Of a stretch of DNA of 64,000 nt, positions 14,792 to 23,784 are shown one piece after another (within the stretch, counting starts at the first letter, position 1; every line of letters starts with the position of its first letter). The notes beneath the pieces were generated by a model. It ran no database searches. It worked only from the letters and a program-made list of their open reading frames with translations, and had not been told where the DNA came from. The stretch spans positions 1,445 through 65,444 of the forward strand of contig CASDRL010000068.1 of the NCBI GenBank assembly GCA_949283145.1. Reading direction: 5' to 3'. Made by a program: the position numbers and the translations under genes. Source of the DNA: an uncultured Clostridia bacterium (GTDB taxonomy: Bacteria; Bacillota; Clostridia; Christensenellales; CAG-917).

Positions 14792-16768
14792 ATGAATAAA
14801 ACAGTCAAAAATTATTACATTCTTAAATCAAAATGGTTACCGCAAGATACTGTTAGTACATTTATGCCTTTTGTAATAAATTTAATACGTTCTGAAAAGA
14901 TAGAGTCTTGCACTATCGAAGAATTGTCTGAGCAATTCAAGTATAAATATGGATATAGATTGGAAATGTTTATTTTGCGTCCGATTTTAAATAATATGAA
15001 ACAGAATGGTTATGCGGATATAAAACACGGCAAATGGATTTTTTATAAAGACACAATGCCGAATGTTGACTTGGACTCAGAGGCAAATATTTTTGATGAG
15101 AAATATAATAAACTTATCAACGGGTTTGTAGATTTTTGTAATGCTCCCGATGAAATTAACTATAACGCAGCGGATAAAATCATTACCGATTTTATTTATG
15201 ACAACAACTTTGACACCAAAGTATATACAGGGCGTGGGACTCTATATGATGAGAGTGATACTTATAGGTATTTTTTGTCAGGATATATTCAACAATTGAA
15301 AGAAAAAAATGATCCCTTGTTTAATTTTATTGTTTCCTTATGCGAAAGTACTCTGATTAAGTCATATATGTTCAATGAAGGGCTAAAAAGTAGTGCTTTT
15401 ATAAATAAAACCCTATATATTGACACCCCTATCATTTTTAGATTGCTTGGATATTATGGCGATTTTTATGAGCAAGAATACAAGTTTTTAATCCAAAGCT
15501 TGCTTGAGAAGAACTGCAGAATTTATATTTTTAAGCGAAACTATGATGAGGTCTTAAAAGTTTTGCGTACAGCCGAAAAATATGTTGAAAGCGTTCAATA
15601 CGATATGGCTCGCTCTTCAGACGTTTGCAATTATTTTAGAAGTCAAAATATGCGTGCCGAAGATGTTGCCGAAGAAATAGAATTGTTGAATAGTCACTTG
15701 ACTAAATTGGGGATAGATTTGTTTAATACTGATGTTGATTGGGATGATAAACTTTTTGTGGAAAGCTATGATAGTATCCGTAATGGAATCATACAGGAAT
15801 ATTGTACATCTTCTAAAGATAAACGGTATTTACCGGAAGCCGCTATAAATATAGATACTGATAGTACGATGCATATCTATAGTTTGCGAAAGAATAACAA
15901 CATAATAAAATTGTCAGATGCTCCTTGTTTTTATATAAGCAGTAATTTTGGCTTTGTTAATGCAATAAGAAAATATAATAACGAACATTATAAAGAAACC
16001 ATATCACCGGTAATAAGTGATGCGTTTATAGGAATGATAATAAGCGGTGAAAACTCACAAAAGGCACAACAGGTTGCAACAAATAAAGTGTTGTCATTCT
16101 GTTATAGCGCATATAAGCCGTCTAGAGCTATGTTAAGCAAATTTGTAGAATTGGTGGAACAAGAAAAAGAAGCGTCAAGGATAACGGAAAATGACTATAT
16201 AGCAATACGAAACCATACAATGGTTAATGACTTTTTGGTTCGCAGTACACAAAATAATATTGAAGAATTGTCTCAAAACACGGTGTATGAAGTATTGGAT
16301 CTTATAAAAGCCGATCATATTTTTGACGCACAGAAATCTTTTGATAGACAAACACAAGAAAGAGAAGATCATCACAAAACAGAAATTGCATCTTTGACAA
16401 AAATAAAAGACGAAGAAATTGAAAAATTACGACACAAGAATTATTTATTAAGAGCACAACAAGCACAAAAACAGTTCAATGTATATAAATTAAAGGTTAA
16501 AATTGGCTTTGGAATTATACTATCACTAATTGCTGTGCTTTTATTGGGTGGAACCATTACGCAAATAGCGTTGGTGTGTTTAGACAAAATTACCAAATTA
16601 GCGATAATATCAACAATTATAACGGGATTGGGCTCTTTGTTGACAATCACGTTTGAAATTATTTCATATAAAAATGATTTTGATAAATGGTTTGTTAAAA
16701 AGTTGTTTGACAAACGAAAACTAAAGATTTGTCAAACAAATAGTCTATCAATTGAAGATATGGAATAA
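14792..16768 (+). CDS. Uncharacterised 658-aa protein with coiled-coil and two C-terminal transmembrane helices
   Basis: This is the most AT-rich gene in the window. The C-terminus has a K/E/Q-rich helix (EIASLTKIKDEEIEKLRHKNYLLRAQQAQ) followed by IGFGIILSLIAVLLLGGTITQIALVCL and LAIISTIITGLGSLLTITFEII. The central LYIDTPIIFRLLG and INIDTDS are weakly PIN-like. No P-loop. Confidence 0.75.
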   Translation: MNKTVKNYYILKSKWLPQDTVSTFMPFVINLIRSEKIESCTIEELSEQFKYKYGYRLEMFILRPILNNMKQNGYADIKHGKWIFYKDTMPNVDLDSEANIFDEKYNKLINGFVDFCNAPDEINYNAADKIITDFIYDNNFDTKVYTGRGTLYDESDTYRYFLSGYIQQLKEKNDPLFNFIVSLCESTLIKSYMFNEGLKSSAFINKTLYIDTPIIFRLLGYYGDFYEQEYKFLIQSLLEKNCRIYIFKRNYDEVLKVLRTAEKYVESVQYDMARSSDVCNYFRSQNMRAEDVAEEIELLNSHLTKLGIDLFNTDVDWDDKLFVESYDSIRNGIIQEYCTSSKDKRYLPEAAINIDTDSTMHIYSLRKNNNIIKLSDAPCFYISSNFGFVNAIRKYNNEHYKETISPVISDAFIGMIISGENSQKAQQVATNKVLSFCYSAYKPSRAMLSKFVELVEQEKEASRITENDYIAIRNHTMVNDFLVRSTQNNIEELSQNTVYEVLDLIKADHIFDAQKSFDRQTQEREDHHKTEIASLTKIKDEEIEKLRHKNYLLRAQQAQKQFNVYKLKVKIGFGIILSLIAVLLLGGTITQIALVCLDKITKLAIISTIITGLGSLLTITFEIISYKNDFDKWFVKKLFDKRKLKICQTNSLSIEDME

Positions 16769-16848
16769 ATTATATTATCGCGCTACAATAGCAATATCCC
16801 CAGTGTTTAGCTTTGTTAGGTTGCTTTAATTTGGCTTATATACATTAG

Positions 16849-16916
16849 ACGGGAGCTATCCGAATACCACTATTACCGAACAGTGGGGTCGGGGGGGGTA
16901 TTGACGCCGAAGGAAT
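16849..16916 (+). repeat. Imperfect direct repeat, copy 2, upstream of the IS200-like tnpA remnant
   Basis: See 14404-14476. It lies about 90-150 nt upstream of the tnpA pseudogene, consistent with an IS left end. Confidence 0.7.
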
Positions 16917-17004
16917 TATTTTCTGATTTTTTTGCCCTTCGTTGTGGCTATCGTAGCACAGTCCTCGCGGAAGTCAACGGGAAAAATTATCGCTGAAAAA
17001 TAAA

Positions 17005-17392
17005 ATAAGTCTATACACGGAAAGCCGTAAGCTGAAGAAAGAAGTCGGGGGAAATATTCAGAAAGTTATGCAAGTACAAGGACGTGGAAATATTGCAATC
17101 GGAAGCATGTCCGGAGGATCATATACGTATGCTTGTGTCCAGGCCGACTAAAATATCTGTGGCGAGTTTCATGGGGTATCTGAAGGGCAAAAGTTCAGTG
17201 ATGATATTCGAGAAACATGCAAACATGAGATACAAATATGGCAACAGGAAATTTTGGTGCAGGTGCTATTACGTAGACACGGTAGGGAAGAACACGACGA
17301 AGATAAAAGAATATATCGCCAACCAAATGAAAGAAGATAGGATGATGGAACAAATGACGATAACGGAACTGTTGGATCCGTTCAAACAATAG
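17005..17392 (+). pseudogene. tnpA: IS200/IS605-family Y1 transposase (TnpA) pseudogene
   Basis: The 17084-17392 frame gives ..EDHIRMLVS.PTKISVASFMGYLKGKSSVMIFEKHANMRYKYGNRKFWCRCYYVDTVG.., which is IS200 TnpA-like. The upstream part (..RKLKKEVGGNIQKVMQVQG) is in another frame, implying a frameshift near 17075-17085. The N-terminus and start codon are missing. The HUH motif reads HIR. Confidence 0.75.
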
Positions 17393-17629
17393 TGTTGGCG
17401 ATTCGCAAAAGGCGGACTACGGGTAAGCGATTTCGCTATGCTAGTATCAGAGGGCTATGCCCGCAAATTAAAAACCACTAGCTAAGCTGGTGGGTTTTAT
17501 TGTCATCTTTTCTTTTTCTTTCGCCATAATATAGTTGCCGTTATGCAGGGGAATTTGTGTTTGTCGTGATGCAGAAAACGGTCGGGGTGTTGTCATGGCG
17601 GTTTTGAGCTAGAGGTGTCAAATTTTGCC

Positions 17630-17676
17630 GTTAAAGGGCAATGTTTTATGAATTTTGCAAAATATTACCCTTTAAC
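17630..17676. repeat. Inverted repeat upstream of the ATPase gene (possible operator)
   Basis: gttaaagggcaat ... attaccctttaac, with 12/13 positions complementary and a 21-nt spacer. It lies about 60 nt upstream of ATG 17735. Confidence 0.4.
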
Positions 17677-17734
17677 TTGACTTTTAACGAGTGGGCGCGC
17701 TATCCTATCAATGTCTTGAACGGGAGGTCCGCAT

Positions 17735-18964
17735 ATGGAATTGTATGTTCGTGAAAAGTATCTCAAAAAGATGCGCGGGTTTTATCATGACACCGAGATC
17801 ATAAAAGTCATCACGGGCGTCAGGCGTTCGGGAAAGTCATGCCTGATGGAGATGGTGAAGGATGAGTTGCTCCGCGGCGGAGTGGATCCTGCGAACATCA
17901 TTTTTCTCGACCTTGAAAGCAAGGCGTACAGGAAGGTCAAGTCGGCAGATCGGTTGGAGGACCTTATAGATTCCTTGGGACAAGCCGAGGGGACGAAGTA
18001 CCTGTTCATAGACGAGATCCAAAATGTGAAGGACTTTGAAGAAGTCGTCAATGCTTACCGCGGCACGGGCGAGTATTCCGTGTTCATCACAGGCTCCAAT
18101 TCTTATCTTTTGAGCGGCGAGCTTGCCACAAAGCTCACGGGCAGGTATGTGGAGTTCGAGCTTTTCCCGTTGAGTTTTGACGAGTACCTCGATATGAAGG
18201 CGTTTCTCGGCAAAGAGGTGAATGCCAATTTGCTCATAGAGCTGAACAATTACTTGCAGGAAGGCGGTTTCCCCAAGGCGATCCAATACGACGATTTTGC
18301 CGACAAGCGCACCTATGTGCGCTCCGTCATCGACGAGATCTTCGAAAAGGACATCAAGAGGCGGGTGAAGGTGCGCAATGTCGAGACTTTCAACAATGTG
18401 CGCAATTTCATCATCAACAATTTCGGGGCTACCGTCAGCGTCAAGAGCTTGCAGGAGGCTTTGGCAAAAAACGGGATAGAGTTAAAACACGCGACTTTGT
18501 CGCGATATATCGAGGTGCTGCTCCAAAGCAAGATCCTTTATCAATGCGACCGCTTTGATATGAGATCCAAGCGCGCTCTCAGCGGAGAAAAGAAGTACTA
18601 TCTTGTGGACATCTCCTTCTATTTTGCGACGAACACCGACAACCGCATAAATTACGGTCCCGCATTGGAGAACATGGTGTATGTATATTCCAAAAGTCTT
18701 GACTACTCGGTGAGCGTCGGCAGGATAGGCAAGTTGGAGTGCGATTTCATTTTGCGGGATAATAAGCTCGACTATTGCTATGTGCAGGTCGCCTATACGA
18801 TCGGCGAAAGCAAAAGCACGGAGGACAGAGAATATGCGCCGCTTGAAAGCATTGCGGACAACTATCCGAAATATGTCCTCACCACCGATTACCTGCTGCA
18901 AAACCGCAACGGCATCAAGCATGTGAACTTGCTCGAATTCATGAAAAACCGTTCAAGCTTCTAA
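17735..18964 (+). CDS. AAA+ ATPase with DUF4143-type C-terminal domain (COG1373-like)
   Basis: 409 aa. Walker A is GVRRSGKS and Walker B is YLFIDEIQ. The layout is typical of AAA_14 + DUF4143 proteins. GGGAGG RBS. Confidence 0.8.
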   Translation: MELYVREKYLKKMRGFYHDTEIIKVITGVRRSGKSCLMEMVKDELLRGGVDPANIIFLDLESKAYRKVKSADRLEDLIDSLGQAEGTKYLFIDEIQNVKDFEEVVNAYRGTGEYSVFITGSNSYLLSGELATKLTGRYVEFELFPLSFDEYLDMKAFLGKEVNANLLIELNNYLQEGGFPKAIQYDDFADKRTYVRSVIDEIFEKDIKRRVKVRNVETFNNVRNFIINNFGATVSVKSLQEALAKNGIELKHATLSRYIEVLLQSKILYQCDRFDMRSKRALSGEKKYYLVDISFYFATNTDNRINYGPALENMVYVYSKSLDYSVSVGRIGKLECDFILRDNKLDYCYVQVAYTIGESKSTEDREYAPLESIADNYPKYVLTTDYLLQNRNGIKHVNLLEFMKNRSSF

Positions 18965-19011
18965 CCAACACATCCGAAGGTCCAAATCCGTTTGTAAACA
19001 TTCAGCCATGA

Positions 19012-19048
19012 TCTCCATCATAAGCAAACAAAATCGAACCTGATTTTG
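19012..19048 (+). repeat. Island-flanking direct repeat, right copy (attR-like)
   Basis: tctccatcataagcaaacaaaatcgaacctgattttg, 33/37 identical to 4165-4201. GC content rises immediately downstream. Confidence 0.7.
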
Positions 19049-19070
19049 CATGATTTTTCTTGTGGAATAA

Positions 19071-19098
19071 CAGAGCCGCGAGTTTGAGCGCGGCTCTG
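19071..19098. terminator. Hairpin between island end and rhaD 3' end (probable bidirectional terminator)
   Basis: cagagccgcg / cgcggctctg, a 10-bp stem flanked by short T/A runs on both strands. Confidence 0.5.
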
Positions 19099-19132
19099 TT
19101 TGGCGTAGAAACAAGGTCTGAGGAAAAGTCGG

Positions 19133-19990
19133 TTATCGTTGATGTTCTTCGTTGGGGGTGAGGATGCCGGGGCGGGGGGTGACGGAGAAGAAGTCGGCGA
19201 GCTTGAGGAGTTGCGCGTCCGTGATGGTGTTGGCGCGGGGGAGGGACGCGGTGAGCATATAGATCTCGGCGGCTTTTTCCGCGGTCTCGATGAGTCCGAA
19301 GGTCTCGTCGAGGGTTTTGCCCGCGCCGTAGATGCCGTGCATCGCCCACACGACGAGGCGGGCGGAGCGCATCTTTTCCGCGGTGGCGGCGCCTATCTCG
19401 TCCGTGCCGCACAGCATCCATGGCAGCACCTCGACGCCCTCGGGGAAGACGACGACGCATTCGGTGCCCATCTGCCAAAGGGTGTGGGTGAAGGCCGCGG
19501 TGTCGAGGGGGTGGACGTAGGTCATGGCGAGCAGGTGCGTGGGATGGGAGTGCATGACGACGCGGTTCTCCGGATCGACGGCAAGACGCGCCATATGGCT
19601 CATCATATGGGCGGGGAATTCCGAAGTCGGTCTGCCACTGCCCGTGAACCCCCAAAGGAGCTCTGCGCACTTTCCGTCCGAGGAGATGCGGACGATGCCG
19701 AGGTTCCCCTTGGGGTCGTCCTTGATGTTTTTGAAATACTTGCCCGTGCCCGTGACGAGGAAGATCCTGCCTGCAAGGGGAGAGGCGTCGAAGCTCGCTG
19801 CTTTCACGCCCATGAAGGGTATCTTGCGGATGACGCGCGTCGTGTCAAGATACTCGCGGACTTCGTTCTCATCGAGGAGCATACTGATGTTGCCGCCGTT
19901 TCGTTCATCCCAACCGAGGCGGTACATATTCGCCGCCGTGTCGCAGAAGGATGTGAGGAATTTTGCACTTTCGATGGTTTTCATAGTCAT
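19133..19990 (-). CDS. rhaD: Rhamnulose-1-phosphate aldolase
   Basis: 285 aa from MTMKTIES... The sequence ...MYRLGWDERNGGNISMLLD... matches the RhaD N-terminal signature (class II aldolase). It lies in a rha operon context. The track start at 20095 overlaps fucO and was rejected. Confidence 0.85.
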   Translation of the reverse strand: MTMKTIESAKFLTSFCDTAANMYRLGWDERNGGNISMLLDENEVREYLDTTRVIRKIPFMGVKAASFDASPLAGRIFLVTGTGKYFKNIKDDPKGNLGIVRISSDGKCAELLWGFTGSGRPTSEFPAHMMSHMARLAVDPENRVVMHSHPTHLLAMTYVHPLDTAAFTHTLWQMGTECVVVFPEGVEVLPWMLCGTDEIGAATAEKMRSARLVVWAMHGIYGAGKTLDETFGLIETAEKAAEIYMLTASLPRANTITDAQLLKLADFFSVTPRPGILTPNEEHQR

Positions 19991-20000
19991 TTCGATGCGA

Positions 20001-21149
20001 TCAATAGGCGATCTTGTAAAGTCCGAGGATATCCGCCTCGGTGATCTCGCGCGGATTGCCGCCCGTGCAGACGTCTGCGAAAGCGTCCTTTGCAAGCTGC
20101 GGGAGAGCGGTGTCGGGGATGCCGATCTCGCGTAGAGTCTGCGGGATGCCGAGGGAGACGGAGAGATCCTTCACCGCCTTGACGGCTGCCGCCGCCGCTT
20201 CGTCAGCGTCCATGGCGGAGACGTCCACGCCCATGGCTTTTGCGATCTCGGCATACTTGCCTTTTGCGGCGGGGAGATTGTACTCCATGACTATGGGGAG
20301 CAGGAGGGCGTTGGCGACGCCGTGCGCGATGTCGAAGCGTGCGCCGAGGGGGTGCGCCATGGAGTGCACGCAGCCGAGCCCGACGTTGGAGAACGCCATG
20401 CCGGCGACGTATTGCGCGAGCGCCATGCCTTCGCGCGCGGTCATGTCCTTGCCGTTCGCGGTGGCGGCGGGGAGATGTTTTGCGATGAGTTCGATGGCTT
20501 TGAGTTCAAACATATCCGAAAGCTCCCACGCGCCCTTGGTGATGTAGCCCTCGATGGCATGGGTGAGCGCGTCCATGCCCGTCGCGGCGGTGAGACCTTT
20601 GGGCATGGTCGCCATGAGTTCGGCGTCTATGATGGCGAGGGCGGGGATGTCGTTGGGGTCGACGCACACCATCTTTCTGCCCGTTTCCTCGTCGATGATG
20701 ACGTAGTTGATGGTGACTTCCGCGGCGGTGCCCGCCGTCGTCGGCAGAGCTATGATGGGTACGCACTTACTTGCCGTCTCCGCCGTGCCTTCGAGGGAGA
20801 CGACGTCCGCGAATTCGGGGTTGTTGGCGACGATGGCGATGCCCTTTGCCGTGTCGATGGAGGAGCCGCCGCCTATCGCGATGATGAAGTCCGCGCCGGA
20901 GAGATTGAAAGCCTCCACGCCCGCTTTGACGTTCTTCACGGTGGGGTTGGCTTTGAAGTCCGTGAAAGTCTCGTATGAGACGCCTTTGAGTTCTGCGGTG
21001 ACCATGTCGGCAACGCCGAATTTCACGAGGTCTTTGTCCACGACCACGAAGGCTTTTTTGAAGCCGCGGCGACGGATCTCGCCGCCGAGCTCCTTCCTCG
21101 CGCCTGCGCCGAAATAGGATGTTTCGTTGAGTATGAATCTGTTTGCCAT
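20001..21149 (-). CDS. fucO: Lactaldehyde reductase (Fe-dependent alcohol dehydrogenase)
   Basis: 382 aa. MANRFILNETSYFGAGARKELGGEIRRRGFKKAFVVVDKDLVKFGV closely parallels the FucO N-terminus. AAGGAG RBS. Confidence 0.85.
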   Translation of the reverse strand: MANRFILNETSYFGAGARKELGGEIRRRGFKKAFVVVDKDLVKFGVADMVTAELKGVSYETFTDFKANPTVKNVKAGVEAFNLSGADFIIAIGGGSSIDTAKGIAIVANNPEFADVVSLEGTAETASKCVPIIALPTTAGTAAEVTINYVIIDEETGRKMVCVDPNDIPALAIIDAELMATMPKGLTAATGMDALTHAIEGYITKGAWELSDMFELKAIELIAKHLPAATANGKDMTAREGMALAQYVAGMAFSNVGLGCVHSMAHPLGARFDIAHGVANALLLPIVMEYNLPAAKGKYAEIAKAMGVDVSAMDADEAAAAAVKAVKDLSVSLGIPQTLREIGIPDTALPQLAKDAFADVCTGGNPREITEADILGLYKIAY

Positions 21150-21170
21150 GATGTATGCTCCTTGATTATG

Positions 21171-22415
21171 TTATTTTCTTCGGGACAACACTTTGTCCTC
21201 ATATTCCTTCACTTTGCCGAGCCAATCTTCGCCGGGGACATTCTCGCGGCGGAGATATTCCTCCCACACGCCGCCGAAGGGGAGAGTCTTTATCTCCTCG
21301 CCGAGCGCCATAAGCTCGGTGAAACGGGCGCCGTCCTGCATCCCGCGCATGGCTTCGTGAGGTTGGAGAGCCGCCCACAGCAGGGCTTTTTGTACGCTCC
21401 TCACGCCCACCGCCCAGGCGGCGATGCGGTTTATGCTCGCGTCGAAGTAGTCCGTGGCGATGAGCACTTTCTTTTGCGCGTTGTTGCGGACGATCTCCTT
21501 TGCGATCTCGCGGATCTCGTCGTCGAAGAGGACGACGTGGTCGCTGTCCCAGCGCACTCCGCGGGTGACGTGGAGCGCCACTTTGTCGTAGAACGCGAGA
21601 AGTGCCGGGATCTTGTCGCTGACGTATTCCGTGGGATGATAGTGCCCGTTGTCCATGAGGCAGCAGATGCCGTTTTTTGCGGCGTAGTTCTGATAGAACT
21701 CATTGTCGCCCACGGTGTAACTTTCCACGCCGATGCCGAACACCTTGCTCTCGACGGCGACGATGACCTTTTCGCGGTCGAAGGGCTCGGAGAGTATCTC
21801 GTCCAGCGACTTTTTGAGCCTGAGGCGGGGAGAGAGCCTGTCGGCGGGGACGTCTTTGAAACCGTCCGGGATCCAGATGTTGACAAGGCAATGGTTGTTC
21901 ATCTCCGCTGCGAGATATTCCGCTATGTGCAGACACGCCTTGCAATGCCGCACCCAGAATGCACGGATGTCTTCGTCGGGGGAGGAGAGAGTGAGCCCGT
22001 TCTTCACGTTTGCGTGCGAAAAGAGGGTGGGGTTGAAGTCGATGCCGCTGAGCCCCTGCTCCCGCGCGAACTTCACCCACGGAGCGAAATGCTCGCTTCG
22101 GTAGGCGTCGCGGTCGACGTCCTCACCGTTCAGTATGGCATAGCTCGCGTGCAGGTTCAACCTCTTTTTGCCGGGCATGAGGGAGAACGCGAGGGCGAGG
22201 TCGGAGGTGAGTTCCTCGAAGTTCCGCGCCCGTCCCGGGTAGTTGCCCGTGGTCTGTATGCCGCCGGACGCCGCGCCTCCGCCGTCAAAACCGACGACGT
22301 CGTCGCCCTGCCAGCAATGCACGGAGACGGGGATGTCCGCAGTCTCGCGGATGGCTCTTTCGGTGTCGATGCCGTAGCATGCGTAACGTTCCTTTGCGAT
22401 GTCGTAATATTTCAT
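21171..22415 (-). CDS. rhaA: L-rhamnose isomerase
   Basis: About 414 aa. MKYYDIAKERYACYGIDTERAI...VHCWQGDDV is RhaA-like. Start 22415 is favoured by RBS spacing; 22421 is an alternative. Confidence 0.9.
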   Translation of the reverse strand: MKYYDIAKERYACYGIDTERAIRETADIPVSVHCWQGDDVVGFDGGGAASGGIQTTGNYPGRARNFEELTSDLALAFSLMPGKKRLNLHASYAILNGEDVDRDAYRSEHFAPWVKFAREQGLSGIDFNPTLFSHANVKNGLTLSSPDEDIRAFWVRHCKACLHIAEYLAAEMNNHCLVNIWIPDGFKDVPADRLSPRLRLKKSLDEILSEPFDREKVIVAVESKVFGIGVESYTVGDNEFYQNYAAKNGICCLMDNGHYHPTEYVSDKIPALLAFYDKVALHVTRGVRWDSDHVVLFDDEIREIAKEIVRNNAQKKVLIATDYFDASINRIAAWAVGVRSVQKALLWAALQPHEAMRGMQDGARFTELMALGEEIKTLPFGGVWEEYLRRENVPGEDWLGKVKEYEDKVLSRRK

Positions 22416-22417
22416 GA

Positions 22418-23725
22418 TCATTTTCTCCCGATCTGTGTTTTCAGGTTACCGATCGCGGTCGCTTCGATGGGCAGAGCGCGCACTTTCACGCCGCATACCT
22501 CTTCGGTGAGGCGGTTGAGCAGAGCGTTTTTCGCGCCGCCGCCCGTGATGGTGAGGGTGTCGAAGGTGCGCCCGCACGCGCGTTCCAGCTCGCCGAGAGC
22601 GCGCTTATAAGAATGCGCAAGGCTTGTGAATGCGCAGCGGAAAAGGTCGCCCTCCGTCTCCGGGCGCGCGCCCTCCGGGAAAGATGTGAGAAAGGTTTCC
22701 TTCATGCTCGCGGGGGAGAGGAATTTCTCCTCGTCCGCGTCGGCGTATCCCGCGAAGGTGCTTGCCTCCGCCTCTTTCACTATGTCGTCAAAGCTCTTTT
22801 CGGGGCACAGCTCGCGGCGCAGAGACTGCACGAGCCAAAGCCCCATGATGTTCTTCTGATAGCGGATGTAGCCCACACCGCCCTCGTTGGACCAGTTCGC
22901 CTCGCGGCTCGCCGCGTCCGTCATCGCCCTCTCGGACTTGATGCCGAAAAGAGACCATGTGCCGGAGGAGATGTAAGGCCCGTCCGTATCGAGCGCCTCC
23001 ACCGCGCTCGCGGTGTCGTGGGAGGGGGCAAGCACCACTTCCGTCTCGCCGCCCACTTCGGCTGCCACTTCGGGGAGCAGCGCGCCCACCCTCTCGCCGG
23101 GGCGGGAGAGGGGACAAAACAGTCTCTTGGGCAGCATATCCGACAATGCCCCCGCGATCTCGGTGTCGAACTCACCGGTGACGGCGTTCACCAGCCCCGT
23201 CGTGGTGGCGTTGGTGTACTCCTTCTTCTTCACGCCGGTGAGACGGAAGGAGAGATATTCGGGCAGCATCAGAAAGTCCGTGACGGCGATGAGCCTGCCT
23301 TCCGCCGCATCCCGCACAAGCTGATAGACCGTGTTGAAGGGCTGGAACTGTATGCCCGTGCGCGCGTATAAAAATTCGAAGGAAACGCGGGCATGCACAG
23401 TCTTCACCGCGCGCTCGGTCTTTGGATCGCGGTAGGCGCGGCAGGGGAGGAGAGGATCGTCTCCGCGCATCAGCACATAGTCCACTCCCCATGTGTCGAT
23501 GGCGAGGGAGCGGATGCGCCCGAAACGCGCGAAAGCACACTTTATCCCTTCTTTCACGTGGGATAAAAGTGCTTCAGTGTCCCATACAAGCCCGTCCGCG
23601 CTCTCTTTCACGCCGTTGGGGAAACGGTAGACTTCCTCGGTGACGAGGCGTCCCCGCTCCGTCCACCCGGCGATATGCCGCCCGCTCGACGCGCCTATGT
23701 CTATGGCAAGATAAACTTCCTTCAT
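22418..23725 (-). CDS. rhaB: Rhamnulokinase (FGGY family)
   Basis: 435 aa from MKEVYLAIDIGASSGR (FGGY N-terminal motif). It lies in the operon with rhaA, fucO and rhaD. Confidence 0.85.
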   Translation of the reverse strand: MKEVYLAIDIGASSGRHIAGWTERGRLVTEEVYRFPNGVKESADGLVWDTEALLSHVKEGIKCAFARFGRIRSLAIDTWGVDYVLMRGDDPLLPCRAYRDPKTERAVKTVHARVSFEFLYARTGIQFQPFNTVYQLVRDAAEGRLIAVTDFLMLPEYLSFRLTGVKKKEYTNATTTGLVNAVTGEFDTEIAGALSDMLPKRLFCPLSRPGERVGALLPEVAAEVGGETEVVLAPSHDTASAVEALDTDGPYISSGTWSLFGIKSERAMTDAASREANWSNEGGVGYIRYQKNIMGLWLVQSLRRELCPEKSFDDIVKEAEASTFAGYADADEEKFLSPASMKETFLTSFPEGARPETEGDLFRCAFTSLAHSYKRALGELERACGRTFDTLTITGGGAKNALLNRLTEEVCGVKVRALPIEATAIGNLKTQIGRK

Positions 23726-23784
23726 AGTCTTTTCGGTGTGCGGCGACGCGTTGCCGCGCCGCCGCAAAAATGTGATGTTGTATT

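Larger units (their letters stand above)
4174..19048. mobile_element. Composite, apparently decayed genomic (defence-type) island inserted at the tRNA-Val 3' end
   Basis: Flanked by a 37-nt imperfect direct repeat (33/37 identical). It has lower, mosaic GC compared with the flanks. Cargo is TA, R-M, unknown genes and an IS remnant. An internal tRNA-3'-end remnant lies at 14386-14402. No integrase gene is inside. Confidence 0.6.
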
